The position numbers and the translations under genes are program-made. Under the pieces are notes generated by a model. That model saw nothing but the letters and a program-made list of their open reading frames with translations. It searched no databases and was not told the origin of the DNA. DNA of 64,000 nt from Opitutales bacterium (GTDB taxonomy: Bacteria > Verrucomicrobiota > Verrucomicrobiia > Opitutales > JAFGAQ01), in NCBI GenBank assembly GCA_033813415.1, contig JAPXRV010000002.1, forward strand, positions 23,432 to 87,431, read 5' to 3'. Positions 1 to 9,119 of this stretch are shown here, piece after piece; position 1 is the first letter of the stretch; the number at the start of each line of letters is the position of its first letter.

Positions 1-142
1 ATTTGCGGTTGAGCAGTGGGTGGGCTGGCGAGCTTACCGAGGATATGGATTGGCCAGTGCCGGGAATGCCACTAAGGTAGCCTTTTTCGCCGAGGTAGTA
101 CAGTCCGCCTAGAATAAGAATAATCACCAGTAGGAATTTCAT
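1..142 (-). CDS. partial CDS (N-terminus only, runs off window start): small protein with hydrophobic N-terminus, unknown function
   Basis: Own minus-strand translation from the ATG (complement of 140-142) reads MKFLLVIILILGGLYYLGEKGYLSGIPGTGQSISSVSSPAHPLLNRK... and stays open to base 1. The start looks like a signal peptide or TM helix. It is absent from the ORF track because it is truncated. Confidence 0.35.
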   Translation of the reverse strand, partial: MKFLLVIILILGGLYYLGEKGYLSGIPGTGQSISSVSSPAHPLLNRK

Positions 143-255
143 AGAAGGTAGAAGGTGTGAAGTTGTTTGGAAGTGCGACCCAACCGCAGCACTATTCGCG
201 ACGCAATTTATTATGACCTCATATTCCCTGCGATCAAGAGCAAACCGTTTTTGGA

Positions 256-1294
256 TCAATTCGAGTCGAGTGCATGCGTGTCTGCCGGTCTGCCGGGTGA
301 ATAGTCCCGATGGTCATAGTAGACGGTTTTCGGGCGTTTTTCATGTTCTCTGTGTGCCTGATCGATCCGGTCACGGTAGGCTTGTGGAGTCTCACCGGTA
401 AACCTCCGGAAAACCCGCGCAAAATAGGCCGGGTCGGAGAATCCGCTGGCCCACGAGATTTCGGACACGTAGAGCGAGGTGGTTTCTAGAGCGTAGATGG
501 CTCCCTGGATGCGGATGCGTTGGATGTAGTGGATGAGTTTCTCACCGGTTTCGGTGTGGAACAGGTGGGAGAGGTAATCTGCGGAACACTGCATGCGTTC
601 GGCGATGGATTTGACGTTGAGTTGGGGATTGGAAATTTGCTCCCGGACGAGCCATTTTACTTGAAAAACCTTTCCGATGTCCCGGTTCACGGCTTCGCCG
701 GCGGTTTCGACAGTGTTGAGCAGGGACCCCAGCAAAGTGATCATCAGTCCCTTGATAACGTATTGTTTGGCTGGGGCATTCATATGGAATGCCTGCGTAA
801 GTTGATTACAGTTTGCCAAAATCTGCACCAGGTGGGGAGCGTCGAAGAAAAGAATATGCTGGATGTCCGGGCGCCCGGGCGCAGCTTCGAACGCAAAATG
901 GAGGCTGATGGAATTACTGTAAAATCCGCCGACAAGATTTCTGAACCCATAGTGATCCGGTGTTACGCTTTCACGATGAGGGAGTCCCGCCGGGATAATG
1001 CAGCAATCATCCGGTTGAACGCATACCTTCTTTCGGAAGGTTGAATCGTGTCTCTCCGTGGATCTGGAAAAATAGTTCGGGGTTGAAGTGGAAGTGCATG
1101 CCAGGATGTTTTTGCATCCGGCCTTCAGACTGAGGGATTTTTAGTGGAAGAGTTCCTTTTTCAGCCCGTTGCAGGTAGGACATGAGGACATCTCTGATCT
1201 CTGCCCGAACAAGCCGGTGAGAATGAGATTCGGGCGCCACAATGGAGGGTAGTGATATCGGGGCAGCCGTTGGGGTTGCGGTGGAGGAAGACAT
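256..1294 (-). pseudogene. AraC family transcriptional regulator interrupted by a single frameshift (pseudogene or assembly indel)
   Basis: ORF 256-828 carries the AraC-type HTH (SEISWASGFSDPAYFARVFRRFTGETPQAYR). ORF 1007-1294 carries the start of a cupin-like sensor domain (HFHFNPELFFQIHGETRF). My translation of the 256-828 frame upstream of its GTG stays open to ~1125 and reads ...VCVQPDDCCIIPAGLPHRE..., which is the rest of the cupin. The two frames meet around 1015-1035. The span is 1039 nt (3n+1), consistent with a one-base indel. Confidence 0.7.
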
Positions 1295-1583
1295 CGGGAT
1301 AGTAGAATGATTTCGAACTAATCATAGTGAACGCCCTCACGAGTGCAAACCAGTAAAACCGGTTTCGGGTTTGTCGGGTCATTTCAGGGATAGAGAGGAG
1401 GGCAGCGACGCATGTATGTGATACAGCCCGGCGCAAAGATAAATTTGCAGCACGAAACTGATTGTAACTGTTGTGGTGTAGGGGGAAAGGCGCTGATTAT
1501 GATTACTAAATAAATAGGCAGTATCTTTGTTGTGGATGGAAATGAATCGACCGGAATGGGGTGTTGATCTATGACTCTGGAGT

Positions 1584-2561
1584 ATGAGGAAATGGATTCG
1601 TTTAGGGCTGATGATGGCTGTGGTGTCGCTGTGGATCGGGTGCTCGCGGCAGGAGAGCAGGCGGGGGTTGTCCGGATTTGCTGATCCGGCGGATGAGCTG
1701 GTGCTGCAGACGGACTGGTTTGCCCAGCCGGAATATGCTGGGTTTTATCAGGCACTGGCCGCTGGGATCTACGAAGCCCACGGGTTGAAGGTCACGATTC
1801 TGGAAGGCGGACCGAATGCGGACCCGATGAAACGGTTGGCATTGAAGCGTGCGCATTTCATCAATGCGCGTTCGGACGATGCGATTGTGGCAGTGGCCCG
1901 CGGAATGCCAATCCGGTTTGTGGGGGTAACCCTACAGCACAATCCTCAGGCCATTCTCTCACATGAGGCAAATGCGATCAGGCGATTCGAGGATCTCGAT
2001 GGCAAGCGGGTAATGGTGGACGTTGGAGCGCCGTGGATCGCATATCTGGAGCGGAAGTATGGAATTGAGATGCAACTGATGCCGCACAATTTCGGTTTGA
2101 ATCATTTTCTGAGCGATCCGGAGTTCGTGATGCAGTGTTTTTTGACCAATGAGCCTTACTATGTGCGTCAGCAAGGAGCGCAACCGTATGTGCTGCCGAT
2201 GTGGGAGTCGGGTTTTGATGCCTATCGGGGTATTCTGGTGCATGAGGAGTTCATCTTGAACTATCCGGATGTTGTAAGGCGTTTTGTGAAGGCAACCCAT
2301 GAAGGGTGGCAGGCATACTTATATGGGGACTACAGTCCGGCTCACAAAATTATCGCGGAGCGGAATCCGATGATGACGGATGATTTCATGGATTTTATCC
2401 GCAAAAGCTTGTTTGAATGGGGAATTGTATCCGGAAAAGAGAATGATCCGGCGTTGGTCGGTAAGGTGGATGAGAGTCGGCTTGAGGGGCAGATAGCGAT
2501 CCTGCACGAGTTGGGTTTGATCGAAAAAAAGATTGATATCCAGGAAGTGTTTGCTTTTTAG
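1584..2561 (+). CDS. lipoprotein, NMT1/THI5-SsuA/TauA-like periplasmic substrate-binding protein
   Basis: 325-aa ORF with a lipobox (VVSLWIGC). The body (LQTDWFAQPEYAGFYQALAAGIYEAHGLKVTILEGGP...) resembles the sulfonate/nitrate/thiamine-precursor binding-protein fold. No permease or ATPase gene is adjacent. Confidence 0.6.
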   Translation: MRKWIRLGLMMAVVSLWIGCSRQESRRGLSGFADPADELVLQTDWFAQPEYAGFYQALAAGIYEAHGLKVTILEGGPNADPMKRLALKRAHFINARSDDAIVAVARGMPIRFVGVTLQHNPQAILSHEANAIRRFEDLDGKRVMVDVGAPWIAYLERKYGIEMQLMPHNFGLNHFLSDPEFVMQCFLTNEPYYVRQQGAQPYVLPMWESGFDAYRGILVHEEFILNYPDVVRRFVKATHEGWQAYLYGDYSPAHKIIAERNPMMTDDFMDFIRKSLFEWGIVSGKENDPALVGKVDESRLEGQIAILHELGLIEKKIDIQEVFAF

Positions 2562-2674
2562 GTCGGAGAGGACCGGTTCCGGTTCAATAATTTGATATAA
2601 ACCATAACAGTCCGTCTTCCGGACGGTAAACCTGCGGGATTTGGGGCAGCATCTTCCGTCAGGGTGAACAACCC

Positions 2675-5302
2675 ATGAATATCCTGATTGATAGAACGTG
2701 GGTGCTCTCCTTGGTGGGGGCACTCGTATTATCTGGTTTGGCGGGTCCTGCTCAAGGGCTAGCCAGCAGCGAGCCGGACGGTAGTGGACCCGTCGAGGAA
2801 CTGGAGGCTTTCAGCATGCGTGAAAGTCAGCGATTCCGTCAAGGCGGGCTGGACCCATCGTCGCGGCCTGTTTCGTCGGTTTTTTCCGGGGATTGGGACG
2901 CGATGGACATCCCTCGATCGGTCACTGTTGTGACATCCGAGCACATGAAGCTTCTGGGGATTGAGGACCTTCGGGGAGTATCTCAGATCGGTGCGGGAAC
3001 TCAGCTGATCAATCACTATGGGGTGACGGGTTCTCCGATTCTGCGTGGGGTAAAGGGTGCAACGCTTTTGAATGGCATGGTGCGTGGTTTCAATCTGAAT
3101 GAGATGCCGCTCTCGCTCGGATCTTGTGAGGCGATGGACATTGTGAAGGGGCCGACTCCTCCACACATCACTCCGACCCACGTTGGTGGGTTCATCAATT
3201 TGCTGCCCAAAAGCCCGCACTTTGATTTGGCCCGGGGTTCGGTGGAGGTGAGCATGGGCAGTTTTGAGCACTACCGCCTGACGGTGGACTATGGCGCACC
3301 GTGGATGTGGGGACGCTGTCCTTCCGCTTGGCGTTTCTCTCACACCCAAAACCGGAGTGGGGGCTACTATGATCGGGTGGGGAACGACTACGAATCGCTG
3401 TATCTGAGCCTCAAGACTCAAATCCGCGAAGGCCTCACGGTCTTTGGAGGAGTGGAAGGGTTTCGCTATCGCAGCAATGAGAATGCCGGGTGGAACCGTC
3501 CAACTCAGGATCTGATCGATCGCGGGCTTTACATCATCGGGGAGCCTGTGAATGTGTCGGATCCTGGCTTCGGAGGGACGGCGAATCGTGATCTGGTTTC
3601 ATTCCCGTGGGGCTTTGGTTTCAAGAATGGAATCGAGGATTTCAATGCCTTGGTTGTTTCGCGCGACGTGGTCGATGCGGCTGTTAATGGCGGGCTTATC
3701 CCAGCATCTGCACGGGATGCCATGTTGGATCTCGCGGATCCGGATGATCGCGCACGGGCCTATGGTCAGGTGTTGCCCTCGACCGGTGAGTACGACCCGA
3801 AGTATCGTGCAAAAGGCCCGGTCGCGGATGTATTGGCCGGGCTCTCGACCAACGATAACAGCGGAGGCTACCGCTACACCCGGGATTACTTTGATCTGGG
3901 TGGGGTGGTTTTCACCAAAGCGATCGAAGGGAATCAGGTGCTTTCAGATTCGGATGACAAGTCGGAGGCTGAAAACTGGGTTGGTTTCCTGAATGTGCGG
4001 TTTGAGGATGGACTGTTGGAGTCGTGGGAGAGCAAGATGCTGGTGGACGTGGTGGATACTGAGAAGCTCTCGTCATATGGCTATGCCATTGAGACCAGTC
4101 AACGGGTTTTCGCGCACAACATTGAACGCAACCGGCCTCTGGATTTCGGGCTGAAAACTGATTTGTCGTATGGTATCGGGTGGCGGGCCACGAAGGCGGA
4201 AATGATTCAGGACTATTATGCTGAGCCATTTTCGCGCCGGGACATTTCCCGTAAGGCAATCAGCCGGAATAGTGTGGTAATCGCTGGCCCGCAGGAAGGG
4301 CCGGATGGACTCAATTACTGGTCGCCCGATATCGGAGCAAACGTGGCCTCGATGTTGTGGCAGGGGGCGGTATTCGGCCAATTGAGCAGTCGCTTGACTG
4401 AGTCGTTTACGGCGACGGTATCGATGCGGGCTGAAAGGGCGTGGTACGATCTGGAAATGCCGGACGAGGTCGAACGAGCCTCGGCAGAAGTCCGTGATTC
4501 ATTGGATAAAAGTGGCGACAAAGATATTTACAGCATCGCCGCGTATGGCTCCTGGGCCTTTCTGGAAGACTGGAGACTGTATGCTGCCGTGCAGGATGGA
4601 GTGGCCGTTGACCTGACACAAGGGGGAGGTGTTATGGGGGAAGAGAATTTCGCCCAGGCCCGTCTTGCGGAGATCGGCATCAAGAACAGCCTTATGGACG
4701 GTCGTTTTCAAGGCGCTCTTTCCGGCTGGGCGTGGGAACAAAGCCGGTACAATGACCGGGATGCCCAATCCGAGCCTTTGGAAGGAAAAGGGGTCGAGTT
4801 CGAGATGACGGCGACCCTGGTGCCCGGGAAGCTTTTCCTGATTGGATCCACCGAATACCAGAAGGTGCGCAGGAAGATTGGATTGGGCTACCGTGCCTTG
4901 CCTTTGACTCAAGAGGAATGGGCTTTGAATGGGGGCGTACTGAATGGAGGCGTAGATCCATTTCCTGAGGGAAATCCGAAGCTGTGTTATCCCGGGTTTC
5001 CTGAGAACACAGTGAAAGCGCATTTGGTTTGGAAACCGCTGCCGATGTGGAATGCCGCGCTCAGTATTGTATACAGTCAGGCCTATTGGCTAAACTTTGA
5101 ACGGACGCTTAGACTACCGTCCTCGTGCATTGTGAATGCCCGGATCGGCTGGCAAGCGAAGCAATGGGAGTGCGCGCTGCAGGTGGAAAATCTCACCGAT
5201 GAGGATCATTATCTTGGCGCGGATCCGCTGTTCTCCTCGAATACGCTTGTGACCAAAGGGGAGCCGATCCGCTATTCCGTAAAGGTTCGCTACGCTTTCT
5301 AG
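2675..5302 (+). CDS. TonB-dependent outer-membrane receptor
   Basis: 875 aa with a signal peptide. A plug-like segment is present (SVTVVTSEHMKLLGIEDLRGVSQ...ILRGVKGATLLNGM...EAMDIVKGPT). A long beta-barrel-like body follows, and the C-terminus ...YSVKVRYAF ends in an aromatic residue as in OM barrels. Confidence 0.7.
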   Translation: MNILIDRTWVLSLVGALVLSGLAGPAQGLASSEPDGSGPVEELEAFSMRESQRFRQGGLDPSSRPVSSVFSGDWDAMDIPRSVTVVTSEHMKLLGIEDLRGVSQIGAGTQLINHYGVTGSPILRGVKGATLLNGMVRGFNLNEMPLSLGSCEAMDIVKGPTPPHITPTHVGGFINLLPKSPHFDLARGSVEVSMGSFEHYRLTVDYGAPWMWGRCPSAWRFSHTQNRSGGYYDRVGNDYESLYLSLKTQIREGLTVFGGVEGFRYRSNENAGWNRPTQDLIDRGLYIIGEPVNVSDPGFGGTANRDLVSFPWGFGFKNGIEDFNALVVSRDVVDAAVNGGLIPASARDAMLDLADPDDRARAYGQVLPSTGEYDPKYRAKGPVADVLAGLSTNDNSGGYRYTRDYFDLGGVVFTKAIEGNQVLSDSDDKSEAENWVGFLNVRFEDGLLESWESKMLVDVVDTEKLSSYGYAIETSQRVFAHNIERNRPLDFGLKTDLSYGIGWRATKAEMIQDYYAEPFSRRDISRKAISRNSVVIAGPQEGPDGLNYWSPDIGANVASMLWQGAVFGQLSSRLTESFTATVSMRAERAWYDLEMPDEVERASAEVRDSLDKSGDKDIYSIAAYGSWAFLEDWRLYAAVQDGVAVDLTQGGGVMGEENFAQARLAEIGIKNSLMDGRFQGALSGWAWEQSRYNDRDAQSEPLEGKGVEFEMTATLVPGKLFLIGSTEYQKVRRKIGLGYRALPLTQEEWALNGGVLNGGVDPFPEGNPKLCYPGFPENTVKAHLVWKPLPMWNAALSIVYSQAYWLNFERTLRLPSSCIVNARIGWQAKQWECALQVENLTDEDHYLGADPLFSSNTLVTKGEPIRYSVKVRYAF

Positions 5303-5518
5303 GGGCTTTGTGCCCCTCCGGCAACCGGCCCCGGGATGTTTTTTCGGGGCAGGGTTACTTCACGCTGCGAAAGCATCGTTTCGATACCGTTTGTTCTTTT
5401 GGGATCGTTATGTGCATCCCAAAAAAGGGAAAAATCCATGGAAGCCGGCGAGCGGGCTTGCAATCTGCGAGAACTGGCATTTATGCATTAGAGAACCTGT
5501 TTGGGTGTATAAGAAATT

Positions 5519-6265
5519 ATGAATGGCACAGCATTAAAAAGTCCACGATTCACAACGGACGACGATTTGGAGGCATTGAATGCCCAATGGTCGCCGCTAT
5601 CCGCTGAAGAACGTGTGATGCGTTGTCTCGCGACCTTTGGAGAGCGGGTGGTGCTATCGACAAGTTTTGGTGTGCAGTCTGCGGTAATGCTGCATATGGT
5701 TACGTTGCAGCAATCCGACATTCCGGTGGTGTTCATCGACACCGGTTATCTTTTCCCTGAGACCTATCGTTTTGCGGAGGCTGTCTCCCAAAGGCTCAAG
5801 CTAAATCTTAAAGTGTATAATCCACTGTACACGGCAGCCCGTCAGGAAGCATTGTTTGGCAAACGCTGGGAAGATGGGAAAGCCGGAATAGAAGCTTACA
5901 ATCGCTTGAATAAGGTTGAGCCGATGAACCGGGCGGTGCTTGAGCTCGGCGCGGAAGCGTGGATTACCGGATTGAGGAGGACGCAGTCCTCCACGCGGCG
6001 GCATTTGGACGTGCTGGTGCGTCAGAACAAGGTGATGAAGGTGCATCCGATTATCGATTGGACGGACCGGGATATCTACGAGTATCTCAAACGTCACGAT
6101 CTGCCTTATCATCCGCTTTGGGAAGACGGCTACGTAACGGTTGGAGACTGGCACAGCACCTCCCGGCTCGCCGAAGCCGGAAGCGAGGAGATGGCACGCT
6201 TTGGCGGTATCAAGCGGGAGTGTGGTCTGCACGAGCTTTCGGGGCAGCCGGACTTCCAGATCTGA
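5519..6265 (+). CDS. cysH: phosphoadenosine phosphosulfate (PAPS) reductase, thioredoxin-dependent type
   Basis: 248 aa in the PAPS_reduct family ([29 protein letters not shown]). The C-terminal redox motif KRECGLHE is present. No CC...CxxC Fe-S motif of APS reductases was seen. Confidence 0.85.
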   Translation: MNGTALKSPRFTTDDDLEALNAQWSPLSAEERVMRCLATFGERVVLSTSFGVQSAVMLHMVTLQQSDIPVVFIDTGYLFPETYRFAEAVSQRLKLNLKVYNPLYTAARQEALFGKRWEDGKAGIEAYNRLNKVEPMNRAVLELGAEAWITGLRRTQSSTRRHLDVLVRQNKVMKVHPIIDWTDRDIYEYLKRHDLPYHPLWEDGYVTVGDWHSTSRLAEAGSEEMARFGGIKRECGLHELSGQPDFQI

Positions 6266-6552
6266 CGGTCCTGGTCCATGGAATGCTTTCCGGGATGGGA
6301 GGATTCAAGACCTCGGATGTCATGTCATTGTGAGGATAGAGGGATAGGGTTGTCCGAGCCTGGTTGTATGGTTACGGGTCCTTTGTTTTTGAAGGGTAAG
6401 TTGCTGGAAATCAATGGAAAGTGGATGAAGCATCGTGAATGACCACCTTCAGTTGACCTAATGACCGATAGGCTAATTGCAGGGGTGGGTTGAAATTCCT
6501 GTGAATTGGAACGAGTATCAGGTTTTTCACACTAACCCTGAAAAACTGATCT

Positions 6553-7386
6553 ATGATGAATCGATTCAACCGAACTGTAAGTGTTATTGCGATGAGTGGA
6601 GCCGTATTGGCTTTTGCATCGTGTAACAAACCATCTGACGCCCCTGCGTCTGATTCAGCCGAGCCAACTGTGGTTCAGAGCGCTCTCGACAAGGCTGCTG
6701 AAGCCGGCAAGTCCGTTCAGGACAAAGCTGTTGAAGTGGGCAAAGCTGTAGAAGAAAAAGCCACTGAAGTGGCGAAAGACGCCCAGAAGGGTGCGGTTGA
6801 CATGACAGCTGCCGCAGCTGGTGAAGTGAAAGAAAAAGCGGCTGCTTTGGAATCGGCCGCCAAGGAAAAGGCTGCCGAACTCGAAAAAGCCGCCAAGGAA
6901 AAGGCTGCTGAAGTTGAAGCGGCACTTCCAGCTGCTGAATTAAAGGGACTGGAAGGCATGACTTCCAAGTTGACAGAAGCTTTTGCCGGAAATGATCAGG
7001 TGAAGGCGCTTGCAGCAGGCATGATGGGATCCCTCGTGAAGCAGGAGTATCTCGATGCCGCCAAGGCATTGGGTTCTCTTTCCAAGATGGAATTCACCAA
7101 GGAACAGATTCCTGCGTATGCCTCGCTCGTGCAGCAGGTAGGACCGATGGTGTTGTCGAAGGTGTTTCCCACATCGGGAGCAGATGCCAATCCGGTAGTG
7201 GTGAAGGCTGTCGAATACATGAAGAAAGGTGAACTGACCAAGGTTGCCTCGCAGCTCACCGCTCTTTCGGAGCTGAAGGACCTGAGTTCGCTTCAGTCGG
7301 GAGTAATCGATAGCTTGTCCAAGAGCTATGGTCCGATCCTGAGCAATCTGATGAACAAAGCTCCGGAAGTTCCGGCTGCTGAGTAA
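6553..7386 (+). CDS. Ala/Lys/Glu-rich repetitive lipoprotein, unknown function
   Basis: 277 aa with a signal peptide and lipobox (LAFASC). It contains a low-complexity helical repeat region (AAKEKAAELEKAAKEKAAEVEAA). A strong terminator follows the gene. Confidence 0.6.
   Translation: MMNRFNRTVSVIAMSGAVLAFASCNKPSDAPASDSAEPTVVQSALDKAAEAGKSVQDKAVEVGKAVEEKATEVAKDAQKGAVDMTAAAAGEVKEKAAALESAAKEKAAELEKAAKEKAAEVEAALPAAELKGLEGMTSKLTEAFAGNDQVKALAAGMMGSLVKQEYLDAAKALGSLSKMEFTKEQIPAYASLVQQVGPMVLSKVFPTSGADANPVVVKAVEYMKKGELTKVASQLTALSELKDLSSLQSGVIDSLSKSYGPILSNLMNKAPEVPAAE
6856..6908 (+). repeat. perfect 20-nt direct repeat with 33-nt period inside the lipoprotein gene
   Basis: gccgccaaggaaaaggctgc occurs at 6856-6875 and again at 6889-6908. 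It encodes the AAKEKAA unit with an 11-aa period. Confidence 0.8.
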
Positions 7387-7417
7387 TCGTTTTGGATCCG
7401 CACTTCTGGTGCGAGAG

Positions 7418-7451
7418 AAGGCTGGCCTCGATGGGGTCGGCCTTTTTTTTT
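7418..7451 (+). terminator. rho-independent terminator
   Basis: A 10-bp stem pairs aaggctggcc (7418-7427) with ggtcggcctt (7435-7444), including two G-U pairs. The loop is 7 nt. The T run of nine Ts at 7443-7451 starts with the last two stem bases. It lies 32 nt after the stop at 7386. Confidence 0.75.
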
Positions 7452-7488
7452 GTTTTGGCAGGAGCGGAACGATGTGCAAGGTTGAGGA

Positions 7489-8223
7489 ATGTGTGCATCG
7501 GTATCTGAACCTACTCCCGCAATCATCCGTGCGGCCCGGGGATTGTCACAATCCGTATCCCGGCTTCGCTTTGCCGACCCTGTTCACACTGTATACAACC
7601 CGCTGGATTATGCATGGGATGCTCATGAAGCCTACCTCCAACGCTATGGTAGAGGGACGAAACGGGTGGTGTTTCTTGGAATGAATCCCGGGCCATGGGG
7701 TATGGCTCAGGTGGGTGTCCCCTTTGGCGAGGTTCCGTCGGTGCGCGATTGGTTGGGGATTGAGGTTCCGGTGCGGCGTCCCGATCCCGAGCATCCGAAA
7801 CGTCCGATTCAAGGGTTCGGATGTAAACGTTCGGAGGTAAGCGGACGGCGGCTGTGGGGGCTCTTTGCAAGGAGGTTTGGAAGTGCGGCGGCCTTCTTCC
7901 AGGATCATTTCGTGCTTAACTACTGTCCCTTGGTCTTTATGCTTGAAAGTGGGGCGAATCATACGCCGGATAAGCTTCCGTCTGCCGAGCGGGAGTCACT
8001 CTACCGGGCGTGTGACGAACACCTTCGGCATGTGATCGAAGCGCTGAATCCGGTTTGGGTGATCGGAGTCGGAAAGTTTGCGGAGACCCGCGCCCGGGAA
8101 TCCTTGCAGGGCGCTTTGTTGAGTTTCGGGTCCATTGCACACCCGAGTCCTGCAAATCCCGCCGCAAACCGGGGTTGGGATGCGCTGGTGATCAAGCAGA
8201 TGGAGGAACTTGGACTTTGGTGA
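7489..8223 (+). CDS. uracil-DNA glycosylase, family 3 (SMUG1-like)
   Basis: 244 aa. The motifs FLGMNPGPWGMAQVGVPFGEV and C-terminal HPSPANPAANRGW match the SMUG1-family signature motifs as I remember them. Confidence 0.75.
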   Translation: MCASVSEPTPAIIRAARGLSQSVSRLRFADPVHTVYNPLDYAWDAHEAYLQRYGRGTKRVVFLGMNPGPWGMAQVGVPFGEVPSVRDWLGIEVPVRRPDPEHPKRPIQGFGCKRSEVSGRRLWGLFARRFGSAAAFFQDHFVLNYCPLVFMLESGANHTPDKLPSAERESLYRACDEHLRHVIEALNPVWVIGVGKFAETRARESLQGALLSFGSIAHPSPANPAANRGWDALVIKQMEELGLW

Positions 8224-8256
8224 TTTCCTGACGACTCCCCGGTGGAGGGCAGACGA

Positions 8257-9075
8257 TCAATCCAGATCCAGTTTGCGCTTTCGTGCCGACTCCTCGTAGA
8301 CGACTACGGCTTCGTCGAGATACTTTTCGATATTCTCGATGCGGGTTTTGCCCGCAGGATGGGTGGATAGGTATTCGTGAAGCCCGCCGGCGCTGCTGTC
8401 CATCTTCTCCATGAAAACGATCGCTCTGCGTGGATCGTAGCCTGCCCGGGCGGCATAAAGGATCCCAATGCGGTCAGCTTCGCGTTCCTGGAGGCGGCTG
8501 TAAGGTAAGGAAACTCCGACGGTGCTTCCCAGCCCGTAAAGCCCAAGCAATAGGTTGCGATCCCCGGAGTCCATGTCGCCGGTGCCTGCAGCCAGTGCCA
8601 GACCGATACCCGCAAAGAGGGTCTGGGCCGATATCCGTTGATTGGCGTGCCGTGCCGTGATATGGGCGATTTCGTGAGCCATCACAAACGCGAGATCATC
8701 CTCTTTTTCGACAATCGAGAATAGGCCCGTGTGGACACCGACCTTACCGCCTGGAAGCGCGAATGCGTTTATGGAGTTGTCTTCGATGAGGACAAACTCC
8801 CATTCCGCCTCGGGCAAATCGCGCCCTACCGAGGATGCGATCCGATTGCCGACCCTCTGGACAATTTCGTTTTTCGGGCGGTTGTTGGAGACCCTCACCT
8901 GCGTCTTGAGCTCGGTGAAGGACTCCTTCCCCATGTTGGCGATCTGAGCCTCGCTGAACAAAACCATCCCGGTCCGGCCTGTCTCCGGCACGGTATAGCA
9001 TCCGCTGATAGTGAATCCTACAGCAAGTATCCCTACGCAAGTGATCAATCGGAGGAAACGGGATGATTTGTTCAT
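8257..9075 (-). CDS. M48 family zinc metalloprotease lipoprotein
   Basis: 272 aa with a lipobox (FTISGC). The HExxH zinc motif is present in FVMAHEIAHITARH, with a downstream E (QEREADRIG). Confidence 0.8.
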   Translation of the reverse strand: MNKSSRFLRLITCVGILAVGFTISGCYTVPETGRTGMVLFSEAQIANMGKESFTELKTQVRVSNNRPKNEIVQRVGNRIASSVGRDLPEAEWEFVLIEDNSINAFALPGGKVGVHTGLFSIVEKEDDLAFVMAHEIAHITARHANQRISAQTLFAGIGLALAAGTGDMDSGDRNLLLGLYGLGSTVGVSLPYSRLQEREADRIGILYAARAGYDPRRAIVFMEKMDSSAGGLHEYLSTHPAGKTRIENIEKYLDEAVVVYEESARKRKLDLD

Positions 9076-9119
9076 GGTGGCATGAATCGGGGTTATGCCG
9101 CTGGCGCGGCGTTTCGAAA

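Noticed and set aside
5302-5350. Two hairpins after the TonB receptor gene (ggggc-tttgt-gcccc; gccccg-11 nt-cggggc)
   Set aside because: The stems are short and the T-run lies inside the second loop rather than after it, so this is not a convincing intrinsic terminator.
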